Source: an uncultured virus (IMG/VR IMGVR_UViG_3300047548_000197) (taxonomy: Duplodnaviria; Heunggongvirae; Uroviricota; Caudoviricetes). From it: a stretch of 64,000 nt of DNA. The number at the start of each line of letters is the position of its first letter. Position 1 is the stretch's first letter. Positions 25,650 to 34,745 of the stretch are shown one piece after another. A program made the position numbers and the translations under genes. Below the pieces are notes generated by a model. The model had not been told where the DNA came from. It worked only from the letters and a program-made list of their open reading frames with translations, and did no database searches. Where the stretch lies: the IMG/VR virus record IMGVR_UViG_3300047548_000197, one strand, 5' to 3'.

Positions 25650-26301
25650 TATAAAAGTTCTTGATAACTTTTATACACAACCGCATTCTATTGTTGGATT
25701 GGTTGATGATTTTCCTATATCTGGATGTGGTAGTGGAAATAGAAGTATTGGACTAGAATCAATCAACAGAGAAATATATGTTGGTGTCAAGAATGCGCTT
25801 TGCTCTATTCATGGCGTTGATCCAAATAAAGTAAAGTTAAGCACATTCTTTATGCGTCATGAGTACAATGATGTAGATGATATGTTTAATGTTTCAACTA
25901 CTCATATGGATGGTAAAAATCCAGATGTTTGTAGATCTACAGTTGATGAATACAGGTTGGCATTTTGTGGTCAAATATTGTTGACCCCAAAGACAGATCC
26001 AGATTCTGTTGTAACTATTCACAGATTCAAAGATCACATTGATTGGTCGCCACAAGAAATTGTCAAACGATGTATTGACGAGTACACACTTCCAGGTGAG
26101 TTATATCGCGCTGGCAAGATTGATCTAGAAGAATTCAAACGTATGCGAAGTGCGCATGACGATAACTTTGAGTTGACTTGTGAGATCAAAAACGTGTATA
26201 ATAGAATGGTGTCTTGGAAAGGTGGAACTTTACATGGACAAAGAATAACTAAACACACTCCAAAGGTATTGAATCAATACTTTTTTGCTGAGTGGTACTA
26301 A
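25639..26301 (+). CDS. 2OG-Fe(II) oxygenase-like protein
   Basis: VLDNFY start, HMD, NVYNRMV...LHG, QYFF. Confidence 0.65.
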   Translation: MITDIKVLDNFYTQPHSIVGLVDDFPISGCGSGNRSIGLESINREIYVGVKNALCSIHGVDPNKVKLSTFFMRHEYNDVDDMFNVSTTHMDGKNPDVCRSTVDEYRLAFCGQILLTPKTDPDSVVTIHRFKDHIDWSPQEIVKRCIDEYTLPGELYRAGKIDLEEFKRMRSAHDDNFELTCEIKNVYNRMVSWKGGTLHGQRITKHTPKVLNQYFFAEWY

Positions 26302-26305
26302 ATTT

Positions 26306-26382
26306 GCGGGTATGGTGTTTAATGGCTAGCATGACAGTCTTCCAAACTGACGGTACGAGTTCGAATCTCGTTACCCGCTCCA
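26306..26382 (+). tRNA. tRNA-Gly(TCC)
   Basis: Loop CTTCCAA, U73, CCA. Confidence 0.92.
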
Positions 26383-26396
26383 TATAATGAGGTTCT

Positions 26397-26969
26397 ATGG
26401 TAATTATAGATGACTTTATTCCTAAATCCTATCAAGAAGATATTAAGAATACATTTTTACAACAACTGTCGTGGAACTATGTGCCTGATGTTACATTCTC
26501 AGTTTTAGCTAAACAAAACGAACAAGCCCCTGCTGTTGGTCATATGTTCAGAATGTCACAAAACACGCTGTCTGCGTATTTTTCAATGTTGTTGCCAATG
26601 GCGTATAAAGCAGCTGATCATGTTGGCTATACGTTCAATGATGTTGTCAATTGTAGGTCATTCTTACAATTTCCCTTGAATCCTGATTTTCTCGGTCTAC
26701 AGACCGATCCTTGCCATGTTGATCTTAATAGAGATCACTTGGTTCTTTTGTACTATGTTTTAGATTCAGATGGTGATACTATCATCATCGATAAAAAATT
26801 AGATGTTTCGAATGTGAAAGAGTTTGATGTTCATGTAAAAGATCATAATGTTCTTGCCAAGATTTCTCCTAAGCAAGGACGGGCTGTTATTTTTGATGGA
26901 CGTTACTATCACACTGCTGAGCAACCAAAATCTAATATGAGGTGTGTAATTAACTACAATATCATTTAA
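26397..26969 (+). CDS. 2OG-Fe(II) oxygenase
   Basis: HVD, LYYVLDSDGDT, PKQGRAVIFDG..YH, RCVINYN. Confidence 0.85.
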   Translation: MVIIDDFIPKSYQEDIKNTFLQQLSWNYVPDVTFSVLAKQNEQAPAVGHMFRMSQNTLSAYFSMLLPMAYKAADHVGYTFNDVVNCRSFLQFPLNPDFLGLQTDPCHVDLNRDHLVLLYYVLDSDGDTIIIDKKLDVSNVKEFDVHVKDHNVLAKISPKQGRAVIFDGRYYHTAEQPKSNMRCVINYNII

Positions 26970-26976
26970 GGAGAAA

Positions 26977-27462
26977 ATGATGCGACAAATCAATATCGAA
27001 GAAGTCAAGGCTTTTATTCAAGCACAAAGTCCCGAAACCAAAATCTACATCGGTGGAGACTCTGAGCGTTTTAAGATCGGTAATGATTGGTACGCGGATT
27101 ACACTCTAGCTGTTGTAGTGCATATTGATGGAAAACACGGTGCAAAAGTTTTCGGTGAGGTTCAACGTGAACGTGACTGGGATCAAAAGAAAAACCGTCC
27201 ACGTATGCGTCTAATGAACGAAGTTTACAAGATCGCAGAATTGTATCACAAGCTGCATGATGTACTTGAAGATCGTGATGTTCAAATTCACTTGGACATC
27301 AACCCTAACGAAAAGTACGGTTCAAGCTGTGTTATCCAAGAAGCGACTGGATACATTCGTGGTATGTGCAACGTAGTGCCTATGGTTAAGCCACAAGCCT
27401 TCGCTGCAAGTTACTGTGCAGACCGACTAAAGCACATCATGAGCCACCAAAAGGCTGCTTGA
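26977..27462 (+). CDS. RNase H-like YkuK family protein
   Basis: IYIGGDS, RLMNEV, IHLDIN, KPQAFAASYCAD. Confidence 0.8.
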   Translation: MMRQINIEEVKAFIQAQSPETKIYIGGDSERFKIGNDWYADYTLAVVVHIDGKHGAKVFGEVQRERDWDQKKNRPRMRLMNEVYKIAELYHKLHDVLEDRDVQIHLDINPNEKYGSSCVIQEATGYIRGMCNVVPMVKPQAFAASYCADRLKHIMSHQKAA

Positions 27463-27500
27463 CTTTTATTCGGTTTTGTAGTATAATAATTGTATTGATT

Positions 27501-27776
27501 GGGATGATTGCAGCATTTTAAACAATACTGCCTAAAGAGTAGCCCCTACAGGAGGAAACACGGTAACGTGTCAATTTGGTGGGCTAGGTTGGTTAAAGAC
27601 TGTCGCGGACTCTTATCGCCTTGTGAACCCTAGTAGGATTCAGACAGTTATGCCCGAATGCATACCAGTTGTCTACGCTATAATGTAGACCATGCCAGAG
27701 GACTGGACGATTTTCGCTGGGTTTCCAAAAGAGCGTGGTTTTAAGCAAACCAAATAACGTCCCGTTCATCCCGTTG
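27501..27776 (+). ncRNA. CAGCA-stem RNA copy 6 (276 nt, multi-hairpin) with own promoter
   Basis: GGGATGA-ttgCAGCA...TCATCCC-GTTG; TTGACT/TATAAT at 27459-27487. Confidence 0.7.
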
Positions 27777-27817
27777 TTTGACTTTATTGTATGTGTGAAG
27801 TATAATAGAGTTTCGTT

Positions 27818-27968
27818 AGGTTAGGTTCAGCAAATCTACTAGGTTGCAAATCTCTTCGGAGACTGCTACCACCATAGATGGTGCGATCTGATACCCCGAA
27901 AGGGATTCTGCGCACGACATGAGTTTCGAGTTCTCATGTAAAACAAAAAGCAGAAAACTAACCTGTTG
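27818..27968 (+). ncRNA. CAGCA-stem RNA copy 7, immediately 5' of the DUF2828-like gene
   Basis: AGGTTAG-gttCAGCAA...CTAACCT-GTTG; TTGACT/TATAAT at 27778-27806. Confidence 0.7.
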
Positions 27969-28009
27969 TTTGATCTAGGCTTTTGTTGCCTGTTATTGGA
28001 GATGTTAAT

Positions 28010-29446
28010 ATGAATTCGTTTGTTTCAGCCGTTCAAAATCAATCTGCACGCACTACTAACGGCATGCGTGCCCGTGCGTCTACTGCATCTGCTTGCGTAG
28101 ACCTGTTCTTCAAAATCGGCGCAAGCCGTGGTAAGGACATTACAAAAGACTTTGTGGCTGCATATGCAGAAAACCGTGAAGTCGCACTGCGTATCGCGCA
28201 GTGGGTTCGTGACGTCCGTGGTGGCGCTGGCGAACGTGAAATCTTCCGTCAAATCCTGACTTATCTGGACAAGCACAACCCTACTGATGCAGCATTGCTG
28301 TTGATGAAGGTTCCAGAGATCGGTCGTTGGGACGACATCTTTGTTGTAAAGAACAAAGACAACCGTCACAAGGCTCTGTCTATGTTGGGTGACGCACTAC
28401 GTGCAAAGAATGGATTGGCTGCTAAGTGGACTCCACGTAAGGGTGAAGTTGCTGTAGAAATCCGTAACTTCTTCGGTATGAGCCCAAAGTTCTACCGTAA
28501 GTCTCTTGTTGAAATGACTAAGGTCGTTGAACAAGATATGTGCGCACAAAAGTGGGATGCAATTAACTTCTCTCACGTACCTTCATTGGCTCACTCTCGT
28601 TACAAGAAGGCATTCTTCCGTAACACTCAAGAGTATGCCAAGTACGTTGCTGAATTGACTAAGGATCCAAAGGATCGTAAAGTTCAAGTCAAGATCAACG
28701 CTGGTGCGGTTTATCCGTACGATGTGTTGAAGGGTTTGATTGGTTCATACCGTTCAAACTACAACGCGACTGAACTGGGTGCGTTGCAAGCACAATGGGA
28801 TGCCATGGAAAACTTTATCGGTGACGCCAACGTGTTGCCGCTGGTTGACGTGTCAGGTTCTATGTCTTGCCCAGCAGGTGGTCGTAACTCTCAGAGCAAG
28901 ACTACTTGTATGGATGTGGCTGTTTCTCTTGGTCTGTATGTTGCAGACAAGAACAAGGGTAAGTTCAAGGATACATTCCTGACTTTCTCTGGTACTCCAG
29001 AACTTTTGCACCTAAAGGGTAACATTGTTCAGAAGGTTAACCAAATGGTTTCTTCTAACTGGGGTATGAACACTGACTTGGTCAAGGCGATGGATAAGAT
29101 CCTGAAGACTGCTGTCCAAGGTGGTGTTCCACAAGAAGAAATGCCAGAAATGTTGTTGATCATGTCTGACATGCAATTTGACCAGTGCGCTCGTTTCGAC
29201 GACTCCGCAATGAAGATGATTGCACGTAAGTTTGAAGCAGCAGGATACGAACTGCCAAAGATCGTGTTCTGGAATCTGAACGCTGCGGACAATGTCCCAG
29301 TGAAGTACGATGCTTCGAACGTGGCATTGATCTCTGGTTTCAGCCCACAAATCATGGTGTCTGTGCTAGGTGGTGATACTGAAAAGTTTACCCCAGAAGC
29401 CATAATGATGAAGGCTGTCGGTATCGATCGATACGCCATTGCCTAA
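28010..29446 (+). CDS. DUF2828 / TROVE-like helical domain plus vWA protein
   Basis: RDVRGGAGERE, GRWDD, AAKWTPR; vWA MIDAS DVSGSM, SDMQFD, VFWNL. Confidence 0.8.
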   Translation: MNSFVSAVQNQSARTTNGMRARASTASACVDLFFKIGASRGKDITKDFVAAYAENREVALRIAQWVRDVRGGAGEREIFRQILTYLDKHNPTDAALLLMKVPEIGRWDDIFVVKNKDNRHKALSMLGDALRAKNGLAAKWTPRKGEVAVEIRNFFGMSPKFYRKSLVEMTKVVEQDMCAQKWDAINFSHVPSLAHSRYKKAFFRNTQEYAKYVAELTKDPKDRKVQVKINAGAVYPYDVLKGLIGSYRSNYNATELGALQAQWDAMENFIGDANVLPLVDVSGSMSCPAGGRNSQSKTTCMDVAVSLGLYVADKNKGKFKDTFLTFSGTPELLHLKGNIVQKVNQMVSSNWGMNTDLVKAMDKILKTAVQGGVPQEEMPEMLLIMSDMQFDQCARFDDSAMKMIARKFEAAGYELPKIVFWNLNAADNVPVKYDASNVALISGFSPQIMVSVLGGDTEKFTPEAIMMKAVGIDRYAIA

Positions 29447-29449
29447 TTC

Positions 29450-30005
29450 CTAGTCGCTTGGGGACGGGAGCGTTGACTGGTGCGCTTAATCACCAGTCAC
29501 CATAATGAAGTATATTTTTGTCAAATAGGGACATAAGCCATCCATTCGTTTAAGGCGAGAGAGATCCTGAAGGTCGTCACGGCGGTGACATATGACAATT
29601 GATGGTGGGGCTACAGAAGGTTGACATCTTTTGGGAATGTATTTCATTATGGTATCTAACCAGAAGGTACAAATGTGGAGTGCCTTGTCATGACGACTAA
29701 ATGTATGTTGTTTCTAGAGCAAACTACAACAACTCTTTGACTGTTATCAGACTAAACAGTCACCATATTGAAACATATTCATCATTGGTTACTGTAAGCG
29801 TTCGAACGGCTAATTCGAACACGGTAGCGAAGCATGCCTAGCCAGCGCGATGAAAAGCCCCTTGACGGCGAGAGTGTGTTTCAATATGCTCTTTGAGTTT
29901 AACTACACTTGAGAACACGAGTTAGGTGCTAAGTCGACTACCCACCGAAAGTGCAAGGAAGATACGGAGTTAGGCAGGTTTCGTTCGACTCGAACAAAGA
30001 GCACC
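29450..30005 (+). ncRNA. ORF-free cluster of structured elements (two CCA-ending hairpins, two long-stem RNAs, one tRNA-like RNA)
   Basis: Stems 29499-29517/29635-29653 and 29764-29780/29872-29888; GCTCTTTG/CAAAGAGC with T-loop. Confidence 0.55.
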
Positions 30006-30017
30006 TAATTATAAAGT

Positions 30018-30503
30018 ATGGAAAATAAACTATTTGAATGGATGATCAATTTCGTAGAGCAACCCAATGAGTTGCTTGGTGGATGGTCTCCGTGTCCATT
30101 CGCTAGAAAAGCTAGATTGACCGACAAGATAAAAATCCAGTATTCTGAGGCAACTCGGCTACTGGATTCAGTCTTTTCTAATCTGGATTTATTGGATCAA
30201 TATGAAGTTGTTGTGATCTGGTTTGATCATACACAGATAACGCCACATGACTTGAGTCAACAAGTGAACCAAATGAACACTGAACTGTTGAAACAAAATT
30301 ATGTTGTGTTAGAAGATCATCCAGACAATGTTGAAATAATCAATGGTGTTCGTATGAACTTTGGTCACGCTGGTTTGTTGGTTGTTCAAAAGTTGGACAA
30401 ACTACAACAAGCTGCTGAGACGCTAAAGTCAAAGGGATACTATTCTTGTTGGAGCGAAGCTGAACTTGATTCGGTTGTGACATGGCGAAATACTGCAGAA
30501 TAA
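30018..30503 (+). CDS. DUF1415-like hypothetical protein
   Basis: PCPFARKA and EDHP motifs. Confidence 0.6.
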   Translation: MENKLFEWMINFVEQPNELLGGWSPCPFARKARLTDKIKIQYSEATRLLDSVFSNLDLLDQYEVVVIWFDHTQITPHDLSQQVNQMNTELLKQNYVVLEDHPDNVEIINGVRMNFGHAGLLVVQKLDKLQQAAETLKSKGYYSCWSEAELDSVVTWRNTAE

Positions 30504-30910
30504 ATTTAAGTGCCACTAATTATCAAGAATCTCTACACTGTAAGATTCTAAATACATCACACTTGACAGCAATACGCGAGATCTACTCTAAATACTGTGC
30601 ATACAAAAAGTTTGATAGTGTTGTTCCTGTTTTTGATTGGCAGTACACTGCTTCAAACGTAGAGTTGCTTGGTTACTATATCGATGATCGGTTAGTGGCA
30701 TACAGTCATATCATATTGCTTGATGGTAAAAACTGCGAGTGTTCGCAGTTTGCATGGGATTATGCAGACCCTTCGCTTGAACTTGGTATTCGCAGTTTAC
30801 AACATGAGTGTGCTTATTACAAACAACGTGGGTATCAGTATTACTACCTTGGACAGTACGCTAAGTATAAGCAACAGTTAGATGGTTTTGAAATTTTAGG
30901 TGCGCTTTGA
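30482..30910 (+). CDS. GNAT-fold protein resembling the C-terminal domain of arginyl-tRNA-protein transferase
   Basis: GYYIDDRLVA, FAWDY..P.LELG, GYQYYYLG..KYK pattern. Confidence 0.55.
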   Translation: MAKYCRINLSATNYQESLHCKILNTSHLTAIREIYSKYCAYKKFDSVVPVFDWQYTASNVELLGYYIDDRLVAYSHIILLDGKNCECSQFAWDYADPSLELGIRSLQHECAYYKQRGYQYYYLGQYAKYKQQLDGFEILGAL

Positions 30911-32025
30911 CATATTCTGTAAATCAACATTGGGATCCACTAAAAGTTTGTTGGGTTGGTAAATCATACTCACCAGAGTTTTATTCGTTTATAAAAAATA
31001 GTAAAGTTCGTTCTGTTATGGAGCGGATCGCAGCAGAGACTGAAGAAGACTACCAACAGTTGGTAAATCTTCTCCAGTCTTTTGGCGTTTTAGTGCACAG
31101 ACCAAACTTGTCTGATAACTATCTTGATTATATGGTTGATGGTAGAATACTGCCACCGCCAATGTGTCCAAGAGACTGGACAATCATGATTGGTGATAAG
31201 TTTTACTACAAAGCGCACATAACAAATTCTGCTGCCGATGGGTTTGATCCTGCACTGACATCACCAATTGATGTCATATGGTCTGATGCTCTTAGAGATA
31301 TCGGCAAACAAAATCCTGTTATCAATAGCATCGCCACTATTGGCTCTCATAAAGATGCAGACTTGTTTAGATGGTTAAACTCTGCTACAACTACCAGAAT
31401 TGGTAGAGACTTGTACTTTGGTACCAATGTAGGTTGGTGGAACAAAGGCAAGGTATTTGATAGATTCCGCGACCAAGGTCTTGAGAGAATCAAGAGACAA
31501 TACCAAGAACAATTTCCCGAATATAGATGTCATGTTATTGACACTGAAGGACATGCTGATGGCACTTACTGTCCAGTAGTTCCAGGTCTTATTGTCAGTC
31601 TTTGTGATGCGCCAATTTATGCAGACACATTTCCTGACTGGCAAGTTGTTCACTTAAAACAAAATAGCTGGGAAGCTGTTCGTCCATTCTTAGAACTTAA
31701 GCAAAAGAATCGTGGCAAGTGGTGGGTTCCAGGTGAAGAATTAAATGATGAATTTACTGATTTTGTTGAGGGGTGGTTGTCACACTGGGTTGGATATGTA
31801 GAAGAAACTGTGTTCGACGTTAACATGCTAGTGATTGACCAAAAGAATGTTGCTTGTTCTGGTTACAACAAACAAGTGTTTGATAAGTTTAGTGAGTTTG
31901 GTATCACACCACATGTGATAAATTTTAGACACCGTTACTTTTGGGATGGTGGTTTGCACTGCGTCACTAGCGATATAAGTAGAACAGGTGAACTTAAAGA
32001 TTATTTTCCAGAAAGAAAAATATGA
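30907..32025 (+). CDS. Amidinotransferase family protein
   Basis: WDPLK, CPRD, GHADG, FDVNML, DGGLHCVT. Confidence 0.85.
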   Translation: MTYSVNQHWDPLKVCWVGKSYSPEFYSFIKNSKVRSVMERIAAETEEDYQQLVNLLQSFGVLVHRPNLSDNYLDYMVDGRILPPPMCPRDWTIMIGDKFYYKAHITNSAADGFDPALTSPIDVIWSDALRDIGKQNPVINSIATIGSHKDADLFRWLNSATTTRIGRDLYFGTNVGWWNKGKVFDRFRDQGLERIKRQYQEQFPEYRCHVIDTEGHADGTYCPVVPGLIVSLCDAPIYADTFPDWQVVHLKQNSWEAVRPFLELKQKNRGKWWVPGEELNDEFTDFVEGWLSHWVGYVEETVFDVNMLVIDQKNVACSGYNKQVFDKFSEFGITPHVINFRHRYFWDGGLHCVTSDISRTGELKDYFPERKI

Positions 32026-32759
32026 AAACATACAGTGTGCAAGCATGGGATAATTTGATTCCAGATGATCTAAGATGGAGAGTCTGGGATCATGTTCAGA
32101 ATCAAACTTACCATGCAACAAGAAAAGATGTACAATACCCAGAGCCTGGATCTATAATCTACTACAAACCAGTAGACGGTAAAAAAGAATATCTTGACGA
32201 ATCTGTGCCATCAGTAAATAATCAGTACATGCACCGTTGTGTGTTTGGTATGAATGATATTGATGTCCGAGCAAATCATCCAGTGATTGGAGAACTTTGG
32301 GAAACGATCAACGGATTCCTTGGTAATAGATTCGTTATTGATGGTGATGCTGAAGGAATGGCGGATCCTCAATTAGAAAGACAATACTCTCTTTGTTATG
32401 TCAATGCTCAACCATCTGAAACTATCAAAAGATCTCATGGCATACATAGAGATACAATTGACTTAGACAATAGCAAACACTTTACTCTGTTGTACATTGC
32501 CAATTTAACATGGTACCCAACTTGGATGGCAGAAAATGTATTCTATGCAGACGACGAATCAACTGGTGATCTACAACAATTCCAAAAAGGTTATGGTCAA
32601 TCCAGAGGGTTTCCTGTTGGAGAACCATACGCAATCGTTGCTCCAGCTGCAGGAAGAGTGATAATGTATGACGGTAGAGCACTACACACAACAAAGCCAA
32701 CTGCACCTTGGGCAGATCATATGAGATATGCAGTAGTCTTTAGAATAAGAGAAAAATGA
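32022..32759 (+). CDS. 2OG-Fe(II) oxygenase
   Basis: IHRD, GRVIMYDG..LH, RYAVVF. Confidence 0.8.
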   Translation: MKTYSVQAWDNLIPDDLRWRVWDHVQNQTYHATRKDVQYPEPGSIIYYKPVDGKKEYLDESVPSVNNQYMHRCVFGMNDIDVRANHPVIGELWETINGFLGNRFVIDGDAEGMADPQLERQYSLCYVNAQPSETIKRSHGIHRDTIDLDNSKHFTLLYIANLTWYPTWMAENVFYADDESTGDLQQFQKGYGQSRGFPVGEPYAIVAPAAGRVIMYDGRALHTTKPTAPWADHMRYAVVFRIREK

Positions 32760-33481
32760 TGCAAAACAAACCCGTATCAACTTACCTTGAACTTGACGGA
32801 CAAGAAGTTTGTCATGAGCTTTGGTCAACGCCAGTTATCTTGGCACGTCCTTTCTCAAAGGAATTTCTAGAGCAACTCAAGAAAGATATCATACCAATTT
32901 TAAATGGTCCAGGTAAATTCAATCATAACGACTTGTGGAATCTTTCTGCTGAATGGACTGATCGTGGTTATAAGATTCCTGACACTATGTTGGCGGTCAA
33001 AGAAAAGTTTCTTGAACTGGCAGACAAACACTTTAGACCACACGCTGAGCAACCACTACCACCACTAAGAGAAGCCAAGGGATACTTTAGACATACAGTT
33101 GGTAATTCAGAGTATAAGATTTCTCCACACAAACATGCAACTACATATGGTGTTGGTGTTTTCTATGTCAACGCACCTGCTGGTAAATCTGGCAATTTGT
33201 TGCTAATGGATCCACGTGGAGGTACAAACTGGGTAAACCAATTCAGTCCATACAAGCGTATTCCTGTTGAAGAAGGTATGATGGTAATCCATCCAGGTTA
33301 TTTGCTACACTTTGTAGAACCAAACACAACAACATTTGATTATGATAACAGAACAGCCATTGTTACTGCTATCCACAGAAGTTATGATGATTTTCTACAG
33401 ACCCTTAAAGAAAACGAAGGATTGTTGGGAGCATTCGGTGCCAATGGTGTGACTGAAGAAGAACAAATGATGGGTAGATAA
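32756..33481 (+). CDS. Putative 2OG-Fe(II) oxygenase
   Basis: PHKH, GVFYV, SGNL...DPR, HPGYLLHFVEPN. Confidence 0.8.
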   Translation: MMQNKPVSTYLELDGQEVCHELWSTPVILARPFSKEFLEQLKKDIIPILNGPGKFNHNDLWNLSAEWTDRGYKIPDTMLAVKEKFLELADKHFRPHAEQPLPPLREAKGYFRHTVGNSEYKISPHKHATTYGVGVFYVNAPAGKSGNLLLMDPRGGTNWVNQFSPYKRIPVEEGMMVIHPGYLLHFVEPNTTTFDYDNRTAIVTAIHRSYDDFLQTLKENEGLLGAFGANGVTEEEQMMGR

Positions 33482-34134
33482 TGAGTGCATTTGAGATAGT
33501 GTTTGATAGTAAGTCGGTGTTTGTTCCTGAAATACGAATACCGATGTTCAGTAAGGATTTAACATTTCCAGCTTATACTCTGGCTGATGTAGTATTCGCA
33601 GAAGAAAAGAATATACTGTCAAAGAAAACATCATCGCAAGAGGATGAAAACTGGTTGACATCTAGATTGTGGTACTATAACTTTCTAGACTTTGAATACA
33701 AAGCTGTGGCAGAGTTACGAAACTTTATAAAACAAAGTTACATTGAGTATATGAATATTCTTGGACACGATGTTGGGGTCACTTATATTCAATGTTGGGC
33801 TAATATTCTTAGAAACGATGGAAGACCAATAGTTCCGCATCATCATGCCGATGGACATGCAAAGAGTTGTCCAGACCAAAGGTACTCTCATCTGTCAGGT
33901 AATATCTGTGTTGAAACTGCTCACACAAGCACTTATTTTAGAAATCCATTCTTAGATAAAGATTGTATCGGTATTAAAAACCGAAATGGTGAAATGATTT
34001 TCTTTCCATCTTATGTTGTGCACTGGACAGATCCGAATCCAATAGACCAACCAAGAGTTACTGTATCATTTGACATTATAACTGAAGAATTTTATAATAT
34101 TATTGATGGATCTAATTATAGAAGGTTGACATGA
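33481..34134 (+). CDS. Putative 2OG-Fe(II) oxygenase
   Basis: CWAN, PHHH, LSGN, FFPSYVVH, RVTVSFD. Confidence 0.8.
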   Translation: MSAFEIVFDSKSVFVPEIRIPMFSKDLTFPAYTLADVVFAEEKNILSKKTSSQEDENWLTSRLWYYNFLDFEYKAVAELRNFIKQSYIEYMNILGHDVGVTYIQCWANILRNDGRPIVPHHHADGHAKSCPDQRYSHLSGNICVETAHTSTYFRNPFLDKDCIGIKNRNGEMIFFPSYVVHWTDPNPIDQPRVTVSFDIITEEFYNIIDGSNYRRLT

Positions 34135-34745
34135 TTAAAATTATTGATAATGTTATTACTCCAACATACGCAAACGTGCTAATGAATGATGCCAGACACA
34201 TTCTACAGTACTGTTATAAAGACAAAACAAGCGAACAAAATAGCTTTTATGCTGGATCAATCTTTACTGATGAGAATACGCATGATTATGGTCAATTGTC
34301 TTGCCCAATAGTTATTGCTCATGAAGCTGCGCCACAATTACAATTTGCTTGGTATTTTGACTTGCTTAGAGCTTTGATGTATAATGTACAAGACATCGTT
34401 CCAGAAATAAATCCAAATTATGTCACTAGGATAAAACACAATATCTTGTTACAACAAGAGAATGCTCCAGAATTGCATTATAATATACCACATCAAGATG
34501 CTGAACGTGGTTGTTACTCAATGATTTATTACCTAGACGATTCAGATGGTGATACATTTTTATTCAATGAGTACTATAATAAAGATTCGCTACCAGATAA
34601 ACTAACAGTTGCTCATAGAGTATCACCTAAAAAGAATCGTGTTGTTATATTTGAATCAGACAGATACCATGCTTCTTCAAACCCAAGAATCAATAAAGAT
34701 AGATTCGTTATAAACTTTGTTTTCGCCAATGCAAATAGTAGATAA
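34131..34745 (+). CDS. 2OG-Fe(II) oxygenase
   Basis: PHQD, YYLDDSDGDT, PKKNR, YHAS, RFVINF. Confidence 0.85.
   Translation: MIKIIDNVITPTYANVLMNDARHILQYCYKDKTSEQNSFYAGSIFTDENTHDYGQLSCPIVIAHEAAPQLQFAWYFDLLRALMYNVQDIVPEINPNYVTRIKHNILLQQENAPELHYNIPHQDAERGCYSMIYYLDDSDGDTFLFNEYYNKDSLPDKLTVAHRVSPKKNRVVIFESDRYHASSNPRINKDRFVINFVFANANSR

Noticed and set aside
21236..27968. CAGCA repeats as a CRISPR array
   Set aside because: Copies are dispersed between tRNAs, their arms covary rather than being identical, spacing is irregular, and no cas operon is present.
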